From an uncultured Verrucomicrobiae bacterium (GTDB lineage Bacteria > Verrucomicrobiota > Verrucomicrobiia > Chthoniobacterales > UBA10450): DNA of 64,000 nucleotides. The stretch covers positions 1,085 through 65,084 of the forward strand of contig CAVUMF010000008.1 in assembly GCA_963742545.1 (NCBI GenBank), read 5' to 3'. Below the pieces are notes generated by a model that saw only the letters and a list, made by a program, of their open reading frames with translations, was not told where the DNA came from and did not search any database. Of the stretch, positions 1 through 10,021 are shown piece after piece (the stretch's first letter is position 1; every line of letters starts with the position of its first letter). The translations under genes and the position numbers were made by a program.

Positions 1-115
1 GCGGCGCCCGGTCGCCGAGTTTGGTTGGGAAAAGGAAATTCGGTCTTGCCGTTCCCCGCCTCACTGATCATAACTGCGAGAAACGCTCTCTGAGCAAACC
101 GAAAGGACACCCGCC

Positions 116-646
116 ATGACAGTCAACACCACACCTCAGATAATAGTTGCCCGACGCCGTTTCCACTACTGCCTTGCGGTGATCGCAGCGTGCACGTTGT
201 GTTTTGCCGGATCGAGCCGCGCCCTGGGCGGCGAAGCCAAAGGCAAACTGAACTTCAAAGGCACGACTCTTGTCCTGAAGTTTGCCTATCTCGTCAAAGG
301 CCCGGACGCCGTCGATCCCAGCAACAAGATTCGGCGCCTGATCTTTTCCGGGACCGATCTGGGCCCGAAGCTGAAGGCCTGCACCAAGATGAGCTGTACC
401 GATAGCGCGGTAGCCGAAGGCATGACGGTGGACCTAAACGGCGGACCGCGGATCAACTACTGGGTCGTACTCAAGGGCGGCTTGGTGCAGTATTCCGGCA
501 CCGTCGAGCCTTCAGCTTTGAAAACCAAAGCCGACGAGCCGGCGAAGCTGGCCGGGACCCTGACCATCGACGATGCTGCGGCCCATGGCGCGAAGGTCGA
601 AGTCGAATTCGACGCCGCCCTTCTGAAGGAGTTCACGACCGATTGA
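116..646 (+). CDS. hypothetical secreted protein
   Basis: 176-aa ORF with a hydrophobic signal-like N-terminus (HYCLAVIAACTLCFAGSSRALG). No family recognised. Confidence 0.45.
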   Translation: MTVNTTPQIIVARRRFHYCLAVIAACTLCFAGSSRALGGEAKGKLNFKGTTLVLKFAYLVKGPDAVDPSNKIRRLIFSGTDLGPKLKACTKMSCTDSAVAEGMTVDLNGGPRINYWVVLKGGLVQYSGTVEPSALKTKADEPAKLAGTLTIDDAAAHGAKVEVEFDAALLKEFTTD

Positions 647-756
647 GGATGTGCTCGGGGTGTAGAGCCCCGGGAATACTTAAAGCGGCTGCCAGGCGCC
701 ATGCCGTCAGCGACGTGCTGAAGTTTCGGACTGATATCAAGTAAGGTCGAACGACC

Positions 757-1488
757 ATGAGCCGAAACTTTGAGGAACTCGATTACCGCGAAACGCCGCT
801 TGGCGAACTGATCCTGCGCCGACGGCGGATGCTCTCGTTAGGCGGGATGGAGGTCTACGAGGTCAAGCTGGGCGACGCGTTCCTGATGTCGAGCCTGTTC
901 CATGAAGTGGAAGTGGCGCTCGCACACGTTGGTTTATCGGAGTTGAAAGGCACGTCGTGGGACGTGGTGGTCGGCGGCCTCGGGCTTGGCTACACTGCGA
1001 CGGCGGCCCTCGAGCATCATGAGGTCGCCTCCCTTCTCATCGTGGATGCTCTGTCTCCGGTGATTGAATGGCATCAAAAGGCTCTCGTGCCGCTGGGCGA
1101 GAAGCTTACCGGTGATCCGCGCTGCAGGATGTTGCATGCCGACTTTTTTGCCTGCGCGCGATCCGCGGAAGGATTCGACGCGGCGCAACCGGGCCGGCTC
1201 TTCCACGCCGTGCTGCTGGATATCGATCATTCGCCGCACCATTTCCTTGACCCGAGCAACGCCGCTTTCTACCAACCAGAAGGACTGCGCTCGCTCGCCG
1301 CTCATTTACATCCGGGCGGCGTCTTCGCCCTTTGGTCCGATTACCCGCCGGACGAAGATTTCCTCGGCACGCTCGGCAGCTCTTTCGCGACGGCGCGGGC
1401 GCACATTATAAGTTTTCCCAATCCGCTCCTGGAGGACACATCGGAGAGCACGGTCTATGTCGCCTGCAAGGCCGACGAAGCCGCCTGA
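757..1488 (+). CDS. spermidine synthase-like class I SAM-dependent methyltransferase
   Basis: 243-aa ORF. Glycine-rich motif VVVGGLGLGYTA and acidic LLDIDHSP are typical of Rossmann-fold methyltransferase/spermidine-synthase-like proteins. Confidence 0.55.
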   Translation: MSRNFEELDYRETPLGELILRRRRMLSLGGMEVYEVKLGDAFLMSSLFHEVEVALAHVGLSELKGTSWDVVVGGLGLGYTATAALEHHEVASLLIVDALSPVIEWHQKALVPLGEKLTGDPRCRMLHADFFACARSAEGFDAAQPGRLFHAVLLDIDHSPHHFLDPSNAAFYQPEGLRSLAAHLHPGGVFALWSDYPPDEDFLGTLGSSFATARAHIISFPNPLLEDTSESTVYVACKADEAA

Positions 1489-1489
1489 G

Positions 1490-2626
1490 TTATTGCGACA
1501 ATTTCTGGTTGGCGTCGATCAGAGCGTGGGTGGTGGCTGTGGCTTGGCAGTGAGTTTGTTGACCAATGCGTTGGTCGCTTTTTCCAGGGTGATTCCCCAC
1601 GCGCTCATCACCGAGAGGGTTGCGACGACGATGAGCAGAAAGACCCAGATCGGTAGCTCGCGAATGCGCAATCCGAGCCAGATAACGTAGGGCTGATGGA
1701 CCAGATAGATGCCGTAGGAGAAGGCGCCGACCAGCCCGAAGACCCTGGCCGGGTAGGGGAAGCGCGCGATGATTCCAGCCAGCGCCTGCCAGGACAAGGA
1801 AACAGCAAGCGCCGGTGGCGAAGTCGACAAAGATGTAAGGGACAAGGCCGTGATAGAGCTGGAGCGCTGCGGGATAGAGCAGCACTCCGGTGACCAGCCC
1901 GAAGCCGCCGAGGAGGAATCGTTCGACGCGATCTTGCGATCGGCCGGCCCACATTCCCAGAGCCATGCCGAGGGCGAATTCCGGCAGCCGGCAAATGGCG
2001 CAGCCGCCCAGGACCCACATGCCATTCTGTGGATAGGGGACGAGCATCAGGTAGCGCACGAAAAATCCCACGGCGCACGCGACGAGCAAAAAGGCCGATG
2101 GCCCAAGTTTTCTCGCGCCCCAAAAGAGAATCGGGAAAATCAGATAGAACTGAATGAGCATGGAGAAATACCACCAGGCTGCATTCAGGTAGAAGAAGTT
2201 CATGCTGATATCGATGAAGCGCAGACCGAGGAGGCTGAGCACGATCCGGCTATCGACTTTCTCGAAACGCGCCACGAAAGGCGAAACGAGATAAACCAGG
2301 TGCGCGACCCAATACATCGGGTAAAGGCGGAAAAGCCGCGACCGATACCACGCGCCCCACGACACCGGCCCCGACGCGGCCCGGCGCTCCGTCGATTGCA
2401 TCAGCACCCAGCCGCTCAGGATGATGAACGCCCCGACCGCATGGAAACCGAGTCCGGAGATTTTCACCCAGGCGATACCGAGAAAAGTCATCAGGCCGGT
2501 CGCGAAGCTGCTCCAATCGGCCGGGGGGAGCGACCCATGCTCGAAGTAGGTCATGAAAAAATGAAAATAAACGACCACGAGAATGGCCAGGCCTTTTGAA
2601 ATATCGAGCCAGAGAAGTCGCTTCAC
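1490..2626 (-). CDS. acyltransferase family 3 membrane protein (O-acyltransferase type)
   Basis: 378-aa polytopic ORF. N-terminus RLLWLDISKGLAILVVVYFHF matches the conserved start of acyltransferase_3 proteins. Confidence 0.75.
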   Translation of the reverse strand: MKRLLWLDISKGLAILVVVYFHFFMTYFEHGSLPPADWSSFATGLMTFLGIAWVKISGLGFHAVGAFIILSGWVLMQSTERRAASGPVSWGAWYRSRLFRLYPMYWVAHLVYLVSPFVARFEKVDSRIVLSLLGLRFIDISMNFFYLNAAWWYFSMLIQFYLIFPILFWGARKLGPSAFLLVACAVGFFVRYLMLVPYPQNGMWVLGGCAICRLPEFALGMALGMWAGRSQDRVERFLLGGFGLVTGVLLYPAALQLYHGLVPYIFVDFATGACCFLVLAGAGWNHRALPLPGQGLRAGRRLLLRHLSGPSALRYLARIAHSRATDLGLSAHRRRNPLGDERVGNHPGKSDQRIGQQTHCQATATTHALIDANQKLSQ

Positions 2627-2695
2627 GGTGGTTCGGTTAACAGTGCGAGCGCAAATTAGAAAGGAAGAAGTTAAACGTCCGCGCGGCCTAACGAA

Positions 2696-3544
2696 TCAGA
2701 TCGTGACCCGTCTTTCGACCACGACCAAAGCGATGCCGCCCAGGACGGCGACGGCGGCGAGGACAAATCGCAAGCCAAGGGGCTCGCCGAGCAAAAGAAT
2801 GCCGCCGGTGGCCGCGAGAACCGGGACGCTAAGCTGAACGGTGGCGGCGCTGGCAGCTTTCAGGCCCGGGAGCACGCTGTACCAAATGACGTACCCAACC
2901 CCGGAAGCGATCGCACCGGAGAGGATGGCGTAGACGACTCCGGCGCGATCGACCCGCGCCCAGGGAAAGAAGAAGATGCTGAGCGCGGCAGCGAAGGGGA
3001 CGGCCCGCAGGAAGTTGCCGGTTGTGGCACTGGCCGGACTCTTCTCGCCCTTGCCGCGGAGCGAATAAATACCCCAGGCCACCCCGGCGGCAAGCATCAA
3101 GGTCGAGCCACCTAACGATGGTGACGCGAGACCGGGAAACACGAGCAGAACAAGCCCGCCTGCGGCCAGAGTGAGACCGAGGACCTGGCGTGCATGGAGC
3201 TGTTCTCCTTTGCGCAGACCCCAGAGGATCATCGTGGCCTGGACCGCGCCGAAGAGAAGCAATGCGCCTGTGCCGGCCGCGAGGCTGTTATAGGCAAACG
3301 AAAAGGCAGCCGCATAAACGAAAAGGGCCAGCGCGGAGGGCCAGTTACCGGCGCTCATCGAACTCTTGCGGCGCAGTTTCATGATGAGCCAAAGGGCAAC
3401 GGCGCCGGAAAAGATGCGGATAAAGGTGAAACTGGCCGCGTCGATGCCGGTGTGTTTCAAGGCCGCTCGGCAGAGCAAAGAGTTGCTCGCGAAGGCTATC
3501 ATCGCTGTCAGTGTGAGGATGAAAATCCGCGTCGGTTTCACCAT
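2696..3544 (-). CDS. EamA/DMT family transporter
   Basis: 282-aa ORF with about ten hydrophobic helices arranged as two EamA-like halves. Confidence 0.75.
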   Translation of the reverse strand: MVKPTRIFILTLTAMIAFASNSLLCRAALKHTGIDAASFTFIRIFSGAVALWLIMKLRRKSSMSAGNWPSALALFVYAAAFSFAYNSLAAGTGALLLFGAVQATMILWGLRKGEQLHARQVLGLTLAAGGLVLLVFPGLASPSLGGSTLMLAAGVAWGIYSLRGKGEKSPASATTGNFLRAVPFAAALSIFFFPWARVDRAGVVYAILSGAIASGVGYVIWYSVLPGLKAASAATVQLSVPVLAATGGILLLGEPLGLRFVLAAVAVLGGIALVVVERRVTI

Positions 3545-3683
3545 TATCTTTCGCGAGCCGACACGATGCGAGCCTTGCCTAACGACACATCTTCAATTCC
3601 GGGCGCTCGATTGTCATTTGACGCTCCAAAAGCCAAGGTCGAGCTGCATGATTTTTCCGGTGTCGGTTCGTTCGGCATGAGAT

Positions 3684-3756
3684 CATGAGAAACCACCGGA
3701 AACCCATTGGCAAGTACGCCGTCCACTGTTCGCGAGACGATTGCATCTGCGGTGCC
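3684..3756 (+). repeat. copy A of a ~73-nt imperfect direct repeat (partner at 4651-4723)
   Basis: catgagaaaccaccggaaacccattggcaagtacgcc... aligns to 4651-4723 at roughly 75% identity by eye. Confidence 0.6.
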
Positions 3757-3917
3757 TGGCGGCTCCATTTCGGGAGGCGCAAGAGGCAGAGAACTGGGGA
3801 ATCGTCCCCTAGGGCCGAGTTTACTACCCAGGACCGATCGTCGCAATCCGCAGTAACTTTCCAGATCCGGATACGCAGGACACTAAGACCGGTAGTTGGA
3901 CGCGGTGTCGTTAAGGA

Positions 3918-4493
3918 TTGCCGACTGTGTCTGGAGCATGGCTTGATCTTGACCGAACTAACATATACTATCGCGGCATGACTTCGAGATCTTTTCGTGT
4001 ATTTCTACCGAGAAGCAACTCAAAAGTAATCTTCATCCTGGCGATGTCGTGTTACGCAATTACGCTAACGACAGTTGAAACTCGTTTTGTCCAACTTCTT
4101 CGGACATGGCCGGCAGTCGACAAAAGCATAGAGCATGTAGTTTCCCCAATCGCACCACCTATTAACCAATCCTCAATCGTGGATCTTTTGCTGCTATCAC
4201 CAGCTGGCGAGTCGTTGATAATGATCGGTATTATTGGATTCGTTCGACGAATACGATTGTCTACAGGGATTCAGGTGGTAGTTGCCACGTGCGTGATCTG
4301 TCTCCTCCATTCGCTTCGATATACGCTATGGGGCTTTATTGTTGCACCGGCCTTTTTGATTGATGCTGGTACCTATGTCTATTGGCGACGGCGGGAATCT
4401 GCATGGGTGGGAGCACTAATGATGTTCATCTTGCATGCTTGCTTCAATTCGGTGGCGACCGTTAGCGTCATAACCGCCCGGCTTTACAAATAA
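3918..4493 (+). CDS. membrane protein in a low-GC islet, weakly CPBP/CAAX-protease-like
   Basis: 191-aa hydrophobic ORF in a visibly AT-richer stretch. LLHSLRY and ILHACFNS resemble CPBP motifs 2 and 3, but the EExxxR motif is not clear. The start may instead be the ATG at 3978. Confidence 0.35.
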   Translation: MPTVSGAWLDLDRTNIYYRGMTSRSFRVFLPRSNSKVIFILAMSCYAITLTTVETRFVQLLRTWPAVDKSIEHVVSPIAPPINQSSIVDLLLLSPAGESLIMIGIIGFVRRIRLSTGIQVVVATCVICLLHSLRYTLWGFIVAPAFLIDAGTYVYWRRRESAWVGALMMFILHACFNSVATVSVITARLYK

Positions 4494-4650
4494 GTGAGGG
4501 GTCAGGAATTACGGGGTCATGAGGAAATTAGCAGTCGGATAATATGAAAGGAGTTCTCCTTTTCGCTTTGGCTCGTTTCCCAAACCTCGCGACTCCTCGA
4601 ACTGCTTTCACGTTATCAGACTGTTATCACCTATTCCGGGCTCGCAGGGG

Positions 4651-4723
4651 CATGAGAAACCGGCGGGAACTCATTGGCAAGTATGCTGTGTAACGATGGC
4701 GAGACAATCGCACTGCGCTGCCC
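4651..4723 (+). repeat. copy B of the ~73-nt imperfect direct repeat
   Basis: catgagaaaccggcgggaactcattggcaagtatgct... lies about 70 nt upstream of the ORF starting at 4790. Confidence 0.6.
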
Positions 4724-4789
4724 CATGGAGTTCGGAAAGCGCGAGGCCTGCGCTTTCCTATTAAGGCGACTTCTGCTTAGAATAGCCCC

Positions 4790-5296
4790 ATGAACTCACC
4801 CGGTCCGCTTGCGGTTCAGCCCGGCAGCAATGAGAACGATCATTGGAAGTTTCTGCGCGACGTTCTCGTCTTTCAGCTCAAGATGTTTTTCTCCAATGTA
4901 CGCGACTTCGCGCTTATGCCCGTGTCGCTCATTGTGGCCGTGATTGATTTGATCTTCAAAGGCCGGCGGCAAGGCGCGCTTTTCTATCGCGTGCTGCGAT
5001 GGGCCGCGCACAGCGAGGAGATGATCGATGTCTACAGCGCGATCAAGACGCAGGAAAGACCCGAGGTGAATCCCAAATACACCGTTGATGCCGTGATCGC
5101 GCGGCTGGAGGGCGTGCTGGTGCGGGAGTGCGAGAAGGGCGGAACGGCCGCGAGCGTCAAGACGGCGATGGACCGGGCGATCAATCAGATCCAAACCGAG
5201 GCGAGCAAACCGCGCGACCGGGCGACGCAGGCAGTCGCGCGCGTGACCGACAGGTTGCGCAGCAGTTTCGAAAACAAACCGCGGGACGGAGGTTAG
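4790..5296 (+). CDS. hypothetical protein with one or two N-terminal TM helices
   Basis: 168-aa ORF with high-GC codon usage. No family recognised. Confidence 0.45.
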   Translation: MNSPGPLAVQPGSNENDHWKFLRDVLVFQLKMFFSNVRDFALMPVSLIVAVIDLIFKGRRQGALFYRVLRWAAHSEEMIDVYSAIKTQERPEVNPKYTVDAVIARLEGVLVRECEKGGTAASVKTAMDRAINQIQTEASKPRDRATQAVARVTDRLRSSFENKPRDGG

Positions 5297-5414
5297 AAGC
5301 CATCTCATGAATGGCCGCGCAGATGTAGCCACGGCGCTCTGTTGCCGTGCCACGCCCCGACAGAGCGGGGCGGCTACAGCAGAAGCCGCGGCACGAATAT
5401 TAATGAGATGGCTT
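5297..5414. repeat. 118-nt imperfect palindromic element
   Basis: Perfect 12-bp outer arms AAGCCATCTCAT (5297-5308) and ATGAGATGGCTT (5403-5414). Inner arms tgtagccacggcgctctgt / acagagcggggcggctaca. Starts immediately after the stop codon at 5294-5296. Confidence 0.7.
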
Positions 5415-5466
5415 TCTAGTGCAGTGCATCACTTGAACCGAGACCATCGGCTGCGGGCGCGAGCCT

Positions 5467-5514
5467 GGACGCGCGGAAGCGCGTCCCTCCGGAGGGACAT
5501 GCTTCCGCATGTCC
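5467..5514. terminator. triple-hairpin/cruciform motif between convergent genes (candidate bidirectional terminator)
   Basis: ggacgcgc-ggaa-gcgcgtcc (5467-5486), ccctccggaggg (5485-5496), ggacatgc-ttcc-gcatgtcc (5495-5514). The outer two hairpins have perfect 8-bp stems. No U-tract. Confidence 0.35.
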
Positions 5515-5563
5515 ATGCTCTGCCCTGCCGGTCTCGATTTCTCTGATACACTGCACCAGGTCG

Positions 5564-6355
5564 TTAGGGCAGCAGCTCTACGGCATCGCCTTTACGAATC
5601 ATTCCTTCGGCCAGGACTGCGCCATAGAGGCCGGCGTTTCCGCCATGCTTTTGCGCCACGGCCTTCAACACGGCGGGCGCTTTTTCGCCTGTCTCCGGAT
5701 CGAGCATGATGACCATGCAGCGCGGGTCGCGTTCGACAACGGAGACAACGACTTTTTCTCCGATGCGCAGAGAGCGACCAACGAACCGTTCCTCGGCAAA
5801 ACCTTCCGGGTTCGTTAGGTCGAGGTAAAGGTTGGCCCGGAAGCAAAGCTTGTTGATTTCGATGCCGGTTTCTTCGGCGAGCTTTTTCACCGATTGCAGA
5901 GCGAAGAGCGACAAGGGGCGGCAATCCGTCAGAGCGCGCTCCGAACGCATCAGGGTGATTTCCGGGGCGGGATCGATCCCGGCTCGCAGCAGATCGACCA
6001 ACGCCGGGTCGTCGATCGCGATGGTTTTCCCGGCGGGCGTTTCCACATCAAGCGCCAGGTCCGCCGGATCGGCGTAAAGCGGAGTGGCTCCCGGCGGCAT
6101 TTTTTCGGCCTCGGAAAGGTTAGGCGGCGCAATCGCCTTCGCCGGCTGGCGAAAGCGCGGGCGATAGCGCAGCATTTGGCGCTGATCGCGCGCCGTGAAA
6201 TAAGGAAATCCCCTGGGCGCAGTCGAGCTGCGAAAGGCATAGAGCCGATCGCCATACACTCCGGCGAAGCCGGCGAAGAGTTCGGCCATTTCTTCTCCGC
6301 GCATGCTTTTCACGGGATAGCGCCAAAGGCTTTCGACTCTGCCGATCACGTTCAT
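5564..6355 (-). CDS. MOSC domain-containing protein
   Basis: 263-aa ORF. N-terminus GRVESLWRYPVKSMRGEE is the MOSC N-terminal beta-barrel signature. The C-terminal half is MOSC-like. Confidence 0.8.
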   Translation of the reverse strand: MNVIGRVESLWRYPVKSMRGEEMAELFAGFAGVYGDRLYAFRSSTAPRGFPYFTARDQRQMLRYRPRFRQPAKAIAPPNLSEAEKMPPGATPLYADPADLALDVETPAGKTIAIDDPALVDLLRAGIDPAPEITLMRSERALTDCRPLSLFALQSVKKLAEETGIEINKLCFRANLYLDLTNPEGFAEERFVGRSLRIGEKVVVSVVERDPRCMVIMLDPETGEKAPAVLKAVAQKHGGNAGLYGAVLAEGMIRKGDAVELLP

Positions 6356-6485
6356 TCGCTTCTTTTATCTCTCGTCGAACATGTAAAGCAAACTGAATGA
6401 GCTGGCGACTTCGTCGATGGACAGAAGATCGTGCAATTTTCATTTCTGATTTGCCAGCGGGCGCTGCGAGTCATTTGCTGGCCTC

Positions 6486-7816
6486 ATGTTGCCGAAGACG
6501 AAATACGCGCGCAGTGACGACGTCCGCATCGCCTATCAGGTGAGCGGTGAGGGGCCGGTCGATGTGGTCTGGGCGCCCGGCACCATGTCGCATCTGGATT
6601 TGGATTGGGAAATACCGCAACGCGCGCTTTTCTTCGAGCGGTTCAGCAAATTCTGTCGCCTGATTCGCTTCGACAAACGCGGTACCGGCCTTTCCGATCG
6701 GCCGGTGAAAATGGCGACCCTCGAGGAACGGACGGACGACATTCGCGCCGTGATGGATGATGTCGGGATCGAGAGCGCCAACATCTTTGGCGTTTCCGAG
6801 GGCGGGTCCATGGCCTGCCTTTTCGCCGCAACCTATCCGCAACGGGTGAATTCGCTCATCGTCTGGGGCGCGCAAGCTCGCTGGATCGCTTCCCCCGACC
6901 ATCCGTGGGGACAGACGCAGGAGCAGCACGACGAAATGATTGCGATGATTCAGGACGATTGGCCTTCTCGCGAATACATTACCGGAGCCGGTGCCGGGAT
7001 GGGCCGGGACGCGGCACCGGCTGCGATTGAATCTCTCGCCCGTTATATGCGTGCGGCCGCCAGTCCTTCGGCTGTCCTTGCCTACGAGTTAATGAACGGG
7101 CAGATCGATACCCGCCCAATTCTTCCATCGATCCAGGTGCCCACCCTGGTCATGAACCGCACCGGTGACCCGTGCGCCAATGTGGAAGCCGCCCGGGATA
7201 TGGCCTCGCGAATACCGGGTGCGAAGTTCATCGAATATCCGGGCAACAGTCACACCATGATGCTGGACGACATGGAAAGCGTGCTCTCCGACATCCAGGA
7301 GTTCATCACCGGTGAACGACCGGTCGATTCGATCGATCGCGTTCTGGCCACGGTGCTCTTTCTCGATATCGCGTCCTCCACGGAGCGGGCGGCGGCTTGG
7401 GTGACACGGCCTGGGGTAATCTCCTGAATTCCTACTACGCGATTGTGCGCAAGGAGCTGGCGCGCTTTCGCGGCAGGGAAACCAACACGACTGGCGACGG
7501 CTTTCTTGCGACCTTCGACGGACCGGCACGAGCGGTCCGCTGCGCGCTGGCGATCGCGCTCAATGTCAGGCAGCTTGGGATTGAAGTGCGCGCGGGAGTG
7601 CACACCGGCGAATGCGAATTGATGGGCGACAATGTCGGCGGCATCGCGGTTCACACCGGCGCGCGGATCATGGCAAAAGCCGAGCCGGGCGTCGTGATGG
7701 TTTCCCGGACAGTGAAGGATCTCGTATCAGGCTCGGGGATTATTTTTCAGGAATGCGGGATCCATGAGCTAAAAGGCATTCCCGGCGAATGGCGACTTTT
7801 CTCGGCTCGGTCCTGA
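6486..7816 (+). pseudogene. alpha/beta hydrolase - class III adenylate/guanylate cyclase fusion, interrupted by a 1-nt frameshift near 7395-7399
   Basis: ORF 6486-7427 carries the hydrolase domain (GVSEGG nucleophile elbow) and ends ...VLATVLFLDIASSTERAAAW. The cyclase domain continues in the next frame from 7397 (LGDTAWGNLL...GDGFLATFDGPARAVRCA...VRAGVHTGECE). One extra base in gcggcttgggtgac would join the two. Confidence 0.75.
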
Positions 7817-7822
7817 TTCGCG

Positions 7823-8095
7823 TTAGTATTCCGCGAAGGCCTCATCCGGGAAACAGTAGAGCCAGCGCTCTCCCGGCTGCGCTGAAGCGATAACCGGATG
7901 GCCGAGCGCGCGCGCATGTTTGCTCGCGTGTTGATTAGGCGAACTGTCGCAGCAAAGCGTCGCTCCGCATTCCTGACAGGTCCGCAGGTGGACCCAGGAG
8001 GCCCCTATCTTCACGCATTCCGCGCACTCGCGGCGCTGCGGTTGCTTGACCGAGGTGATCGCATTGATGTGCGGACAACATTCTTCGGGCATCAT
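7823..8095 (-). CDS. UBP-type zinc-finger protein
   Basis: 90-aa ORF rich in Cys/His (CPHI...CAECVKIG..WVHLRTCQECGATLCCDSSPNQHASKHA), matching the zf-UBP pattern. Confidence 0.7.
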   Translation of the reverse strand: MMPEECCPHINAITSVKQPQRRECAECVKIGASWVHLRTCQECGATLCCDSSPNQHASKHARALGHPVIASAQPGERWLYCFPDEAFAEY

Positions 8096-8131
8096 AAGTT
8101 GGTTCCTTTCAGAATTCCCTGACGGTTAAGC

Positions 8132-8496
8132 CTACTCGGCGCTGACGTGTGCGCCTTTTTCGGCGACGGACCGTTTCATGAAAAGCACGAAGATGGCGAG
8201 GGCTGTGGCGAGCGCTCCGAAGACGAGGAAGCTGTCGAAGTAGGAGAGGGTGAGGGCTCGCTGCTGGCGCAAATTGTCCAGGGATTGCAATGCCATTTGG
8301 TGCGCCGTGACCGGATCGCCGTCTGCTGGAGGAACCCGGCCTGGACCTGGTTCAGGTAGGAATGCACCGCGGGATTCAGCGGGCCGAGATTCTCGCCCAG
8401 GCGCACGGTGCGGAACTGGTCACGACGTTGTGGGAACAGGTTTCGAAGGCCGAGGCTGTGCGCTCGGAATCGGTTTCGATTCTTCGGTCGACACAA
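8132..8496 (-). pseudogene. C-terminal remnant of an MFS (EmrB/DHA2-like) transporter, truncated and frameshifted
   Basis: My minus-strand translation ends ...HQMALQSLDNLRQQRALTLSYFDSFLVFGALATALAIFVLFMKRSVAEKGAHVSAE-stop (stop at 8132-8134). The upstream part (RFRAHSLGLRNLFPQRRDQFRTVRLGENLGPLNPAVHSYLNQVQ) lies in another frame. There is no N-terminal body. Confidence 0.45.
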
Positions 8497-8560
8497 CGCG
8501 TTCTTTGCTGATTACACGGCAGTGCCGCAACCCAGGCTTCGATAATGCGACCGGGCACGC

Positions 8561-9397
8561 CTACGCTTTGAAAAACGCGAGCAGGTCGGCGTTGATCGTT
8601 TCTGCCTGCGTCGTGGGCATGCCGTGTGGAAAACCCTTGTAGGTCTTCAGCGTCCCGTTCTTTAGCAGCTTGGCCGAGAGTGGCCCTGCAGCGACGTAGG
8701 GAACGATCTGATCGTCTTCACTGTGCATCACCAGCACCGGCACGGTGATCTTCTTCAGGTCTTCGGTGAAATCGGTCTGTGAGAAGGCGACAATGCCGTC
8801 GTAGTGGGCCTTCGCTCCGCCCATCATGCCCTGCCGCCACCAGTTGTGGATGGTCGCCTCGGAAGACTTCACACCCGCCCGGTCGTAGTTGTAGAAGGGA
8901 CCCGCCGCGACATCCCGATAGAATTGCGAGCGATTGGCCGCGAGCGCCACTTGAAAATCGTCGAATACCTTTTTCGGAAGACCGTTGGGATTGGCCGCTG
9001 TCTTCACCATTAGCGGTGGCACCGCGCTGATGATGGCCGCTTTTGCCACCCGGCTCTCGCCGTGCCGTCCCAGATAATGCACCACCTCGCCCCCGCCGGT
9101 GGAATGACCGACGTGAATGGCGCTCTTCAGGTCGAGATGTGCCGTCACCGCCGCAAGATCGTCGGCATAGTGATCCATGTCGTGGCCGTCGGCCGTTTGG
9201 GTAGAGCGACCGTGGCCGCGGCGGTCATGGGCGATGACGCGATAGCCGTGGTTGAGGAAGAACAGCATCTGCGCATCCCAGTCATCGGCCGACAGCGGCC
9301 AACCGTGGCTGAAGACGATGGGCTGTCCTTTGCCCCAATCCTTATAATAAATGTCGATGTTAGCTCCGTTTTCTTTACCGACGGTAACGTATGGCAT
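8561..9397 (-). CDS. alpha/beta hydrolase, non-heme haloperoxidase/arylesterase type
   Basis: 278-aa [38 protein letters not shown] and GHSTGGGE are typical of this family. Confidence 0.85.
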   Translation of the reverse strand: MPYVTVGKENGANIDIYYKDWGKGQPIVFSHGWPLSADDWDAQMLFFLNHGYRVIAHDRRGHGRSTQTADGHDMDHYADDLAAVTAHLDLKSAIHVGHSTGGGEVVHYLGRHGESRVAKAAIISAVPPLMVKTAANPNGLPKKVFDDFQVALAANRSQFYRDVAAGPFYNYDRAGVKSSEATIHNWWRQGMMGGAKAHYDGIVAFSQTDFTEDLKKITVPVLVMHSEDDQIVPYVAAGPLSAKLLKNGTLKTYKGFPHGMPTTQAETINADLLAFFKA

Positions 9398-9481
9398 GGT
9401 GGATTCCCTTCTTCACTCTTTCGACTGCGTTTCTGACTCTTCGCTTCTTCAACTGAGCGGTTTAAGTCCGCTGTGAGCGGC

Positions 9482-10021
9482 TTATCGCTGTGAACGGCGC
9501 TTTGTTTCCGATAAGAACCAGGTTCGGCGCTCGGTTTCGTCGATCCAAACCTCGATCAGGCTCGCGGTGGCAAAGTCGCGATGTTCGTCACAAACGTTGT
9601 GCGCTTCACGCAGACGCGCGGCCAGCGTTTGATTGTCCTCCGCCAGCTCTGCGAGCATGTCCGAGGGCTCGACGTAGTCTGCATCGTTATCGAGGACGCG
9701 CTGAAGGCGCGAAATCTGGCCGATCGACTTGAGCGTCGGTCCGCCAAGCTTTCGAATTCGCTCGGCGATTGGATCGGTCATGGCGAAAAGCTGGTCGCCA
9801 TGTTCATCGAGAAGCAAGTGGTAATCGCGAAAATGTGGGCCGCTCATGTGCCAGTGAAAATTTTTCGTTTTCATATAAATCGCGAAAACGTCGGCCAGAA
9901 TAGCGTTCATGGCCCCCGCGATGTCTTTGGTAGCCGAACGCGTCAGATCGGTCGGCGTTGCCAGTGGAGCTTCGCGTCTGCGCAGAAGCTCTAAAGTCTT
10001 TTTTGAATTATTTCTTTTCAT
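9482..10021 (-). CDS. dps: Dps family DNA-binding ferritin-like protein
   Basis: KTKNFHWHMSGPHFRDYHLLLDEH ferroxidase-site motif. The chosen start (ATG at 10021) is preceded by AGGAGA 5 nt upstream; the longer ORF to 10141 is probably an over-extension. Confidence 0.85.
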   Translation of the reverse strand: MKRNNSKKTLELLRRREAPLATPTDLTRSATKDIAGAMNAILADVFAIYMKTKNFHWHMSGPHFRDYHLLLDEHGDQLFAMTDPIAERIRKLGGPTLKSIGQISRLQRVLDNDADYVEPSDMLAELAEDNQTLAARLREAHNVCDEHRDFATASLIEVWIDETERRTWFLSETKRRSQR

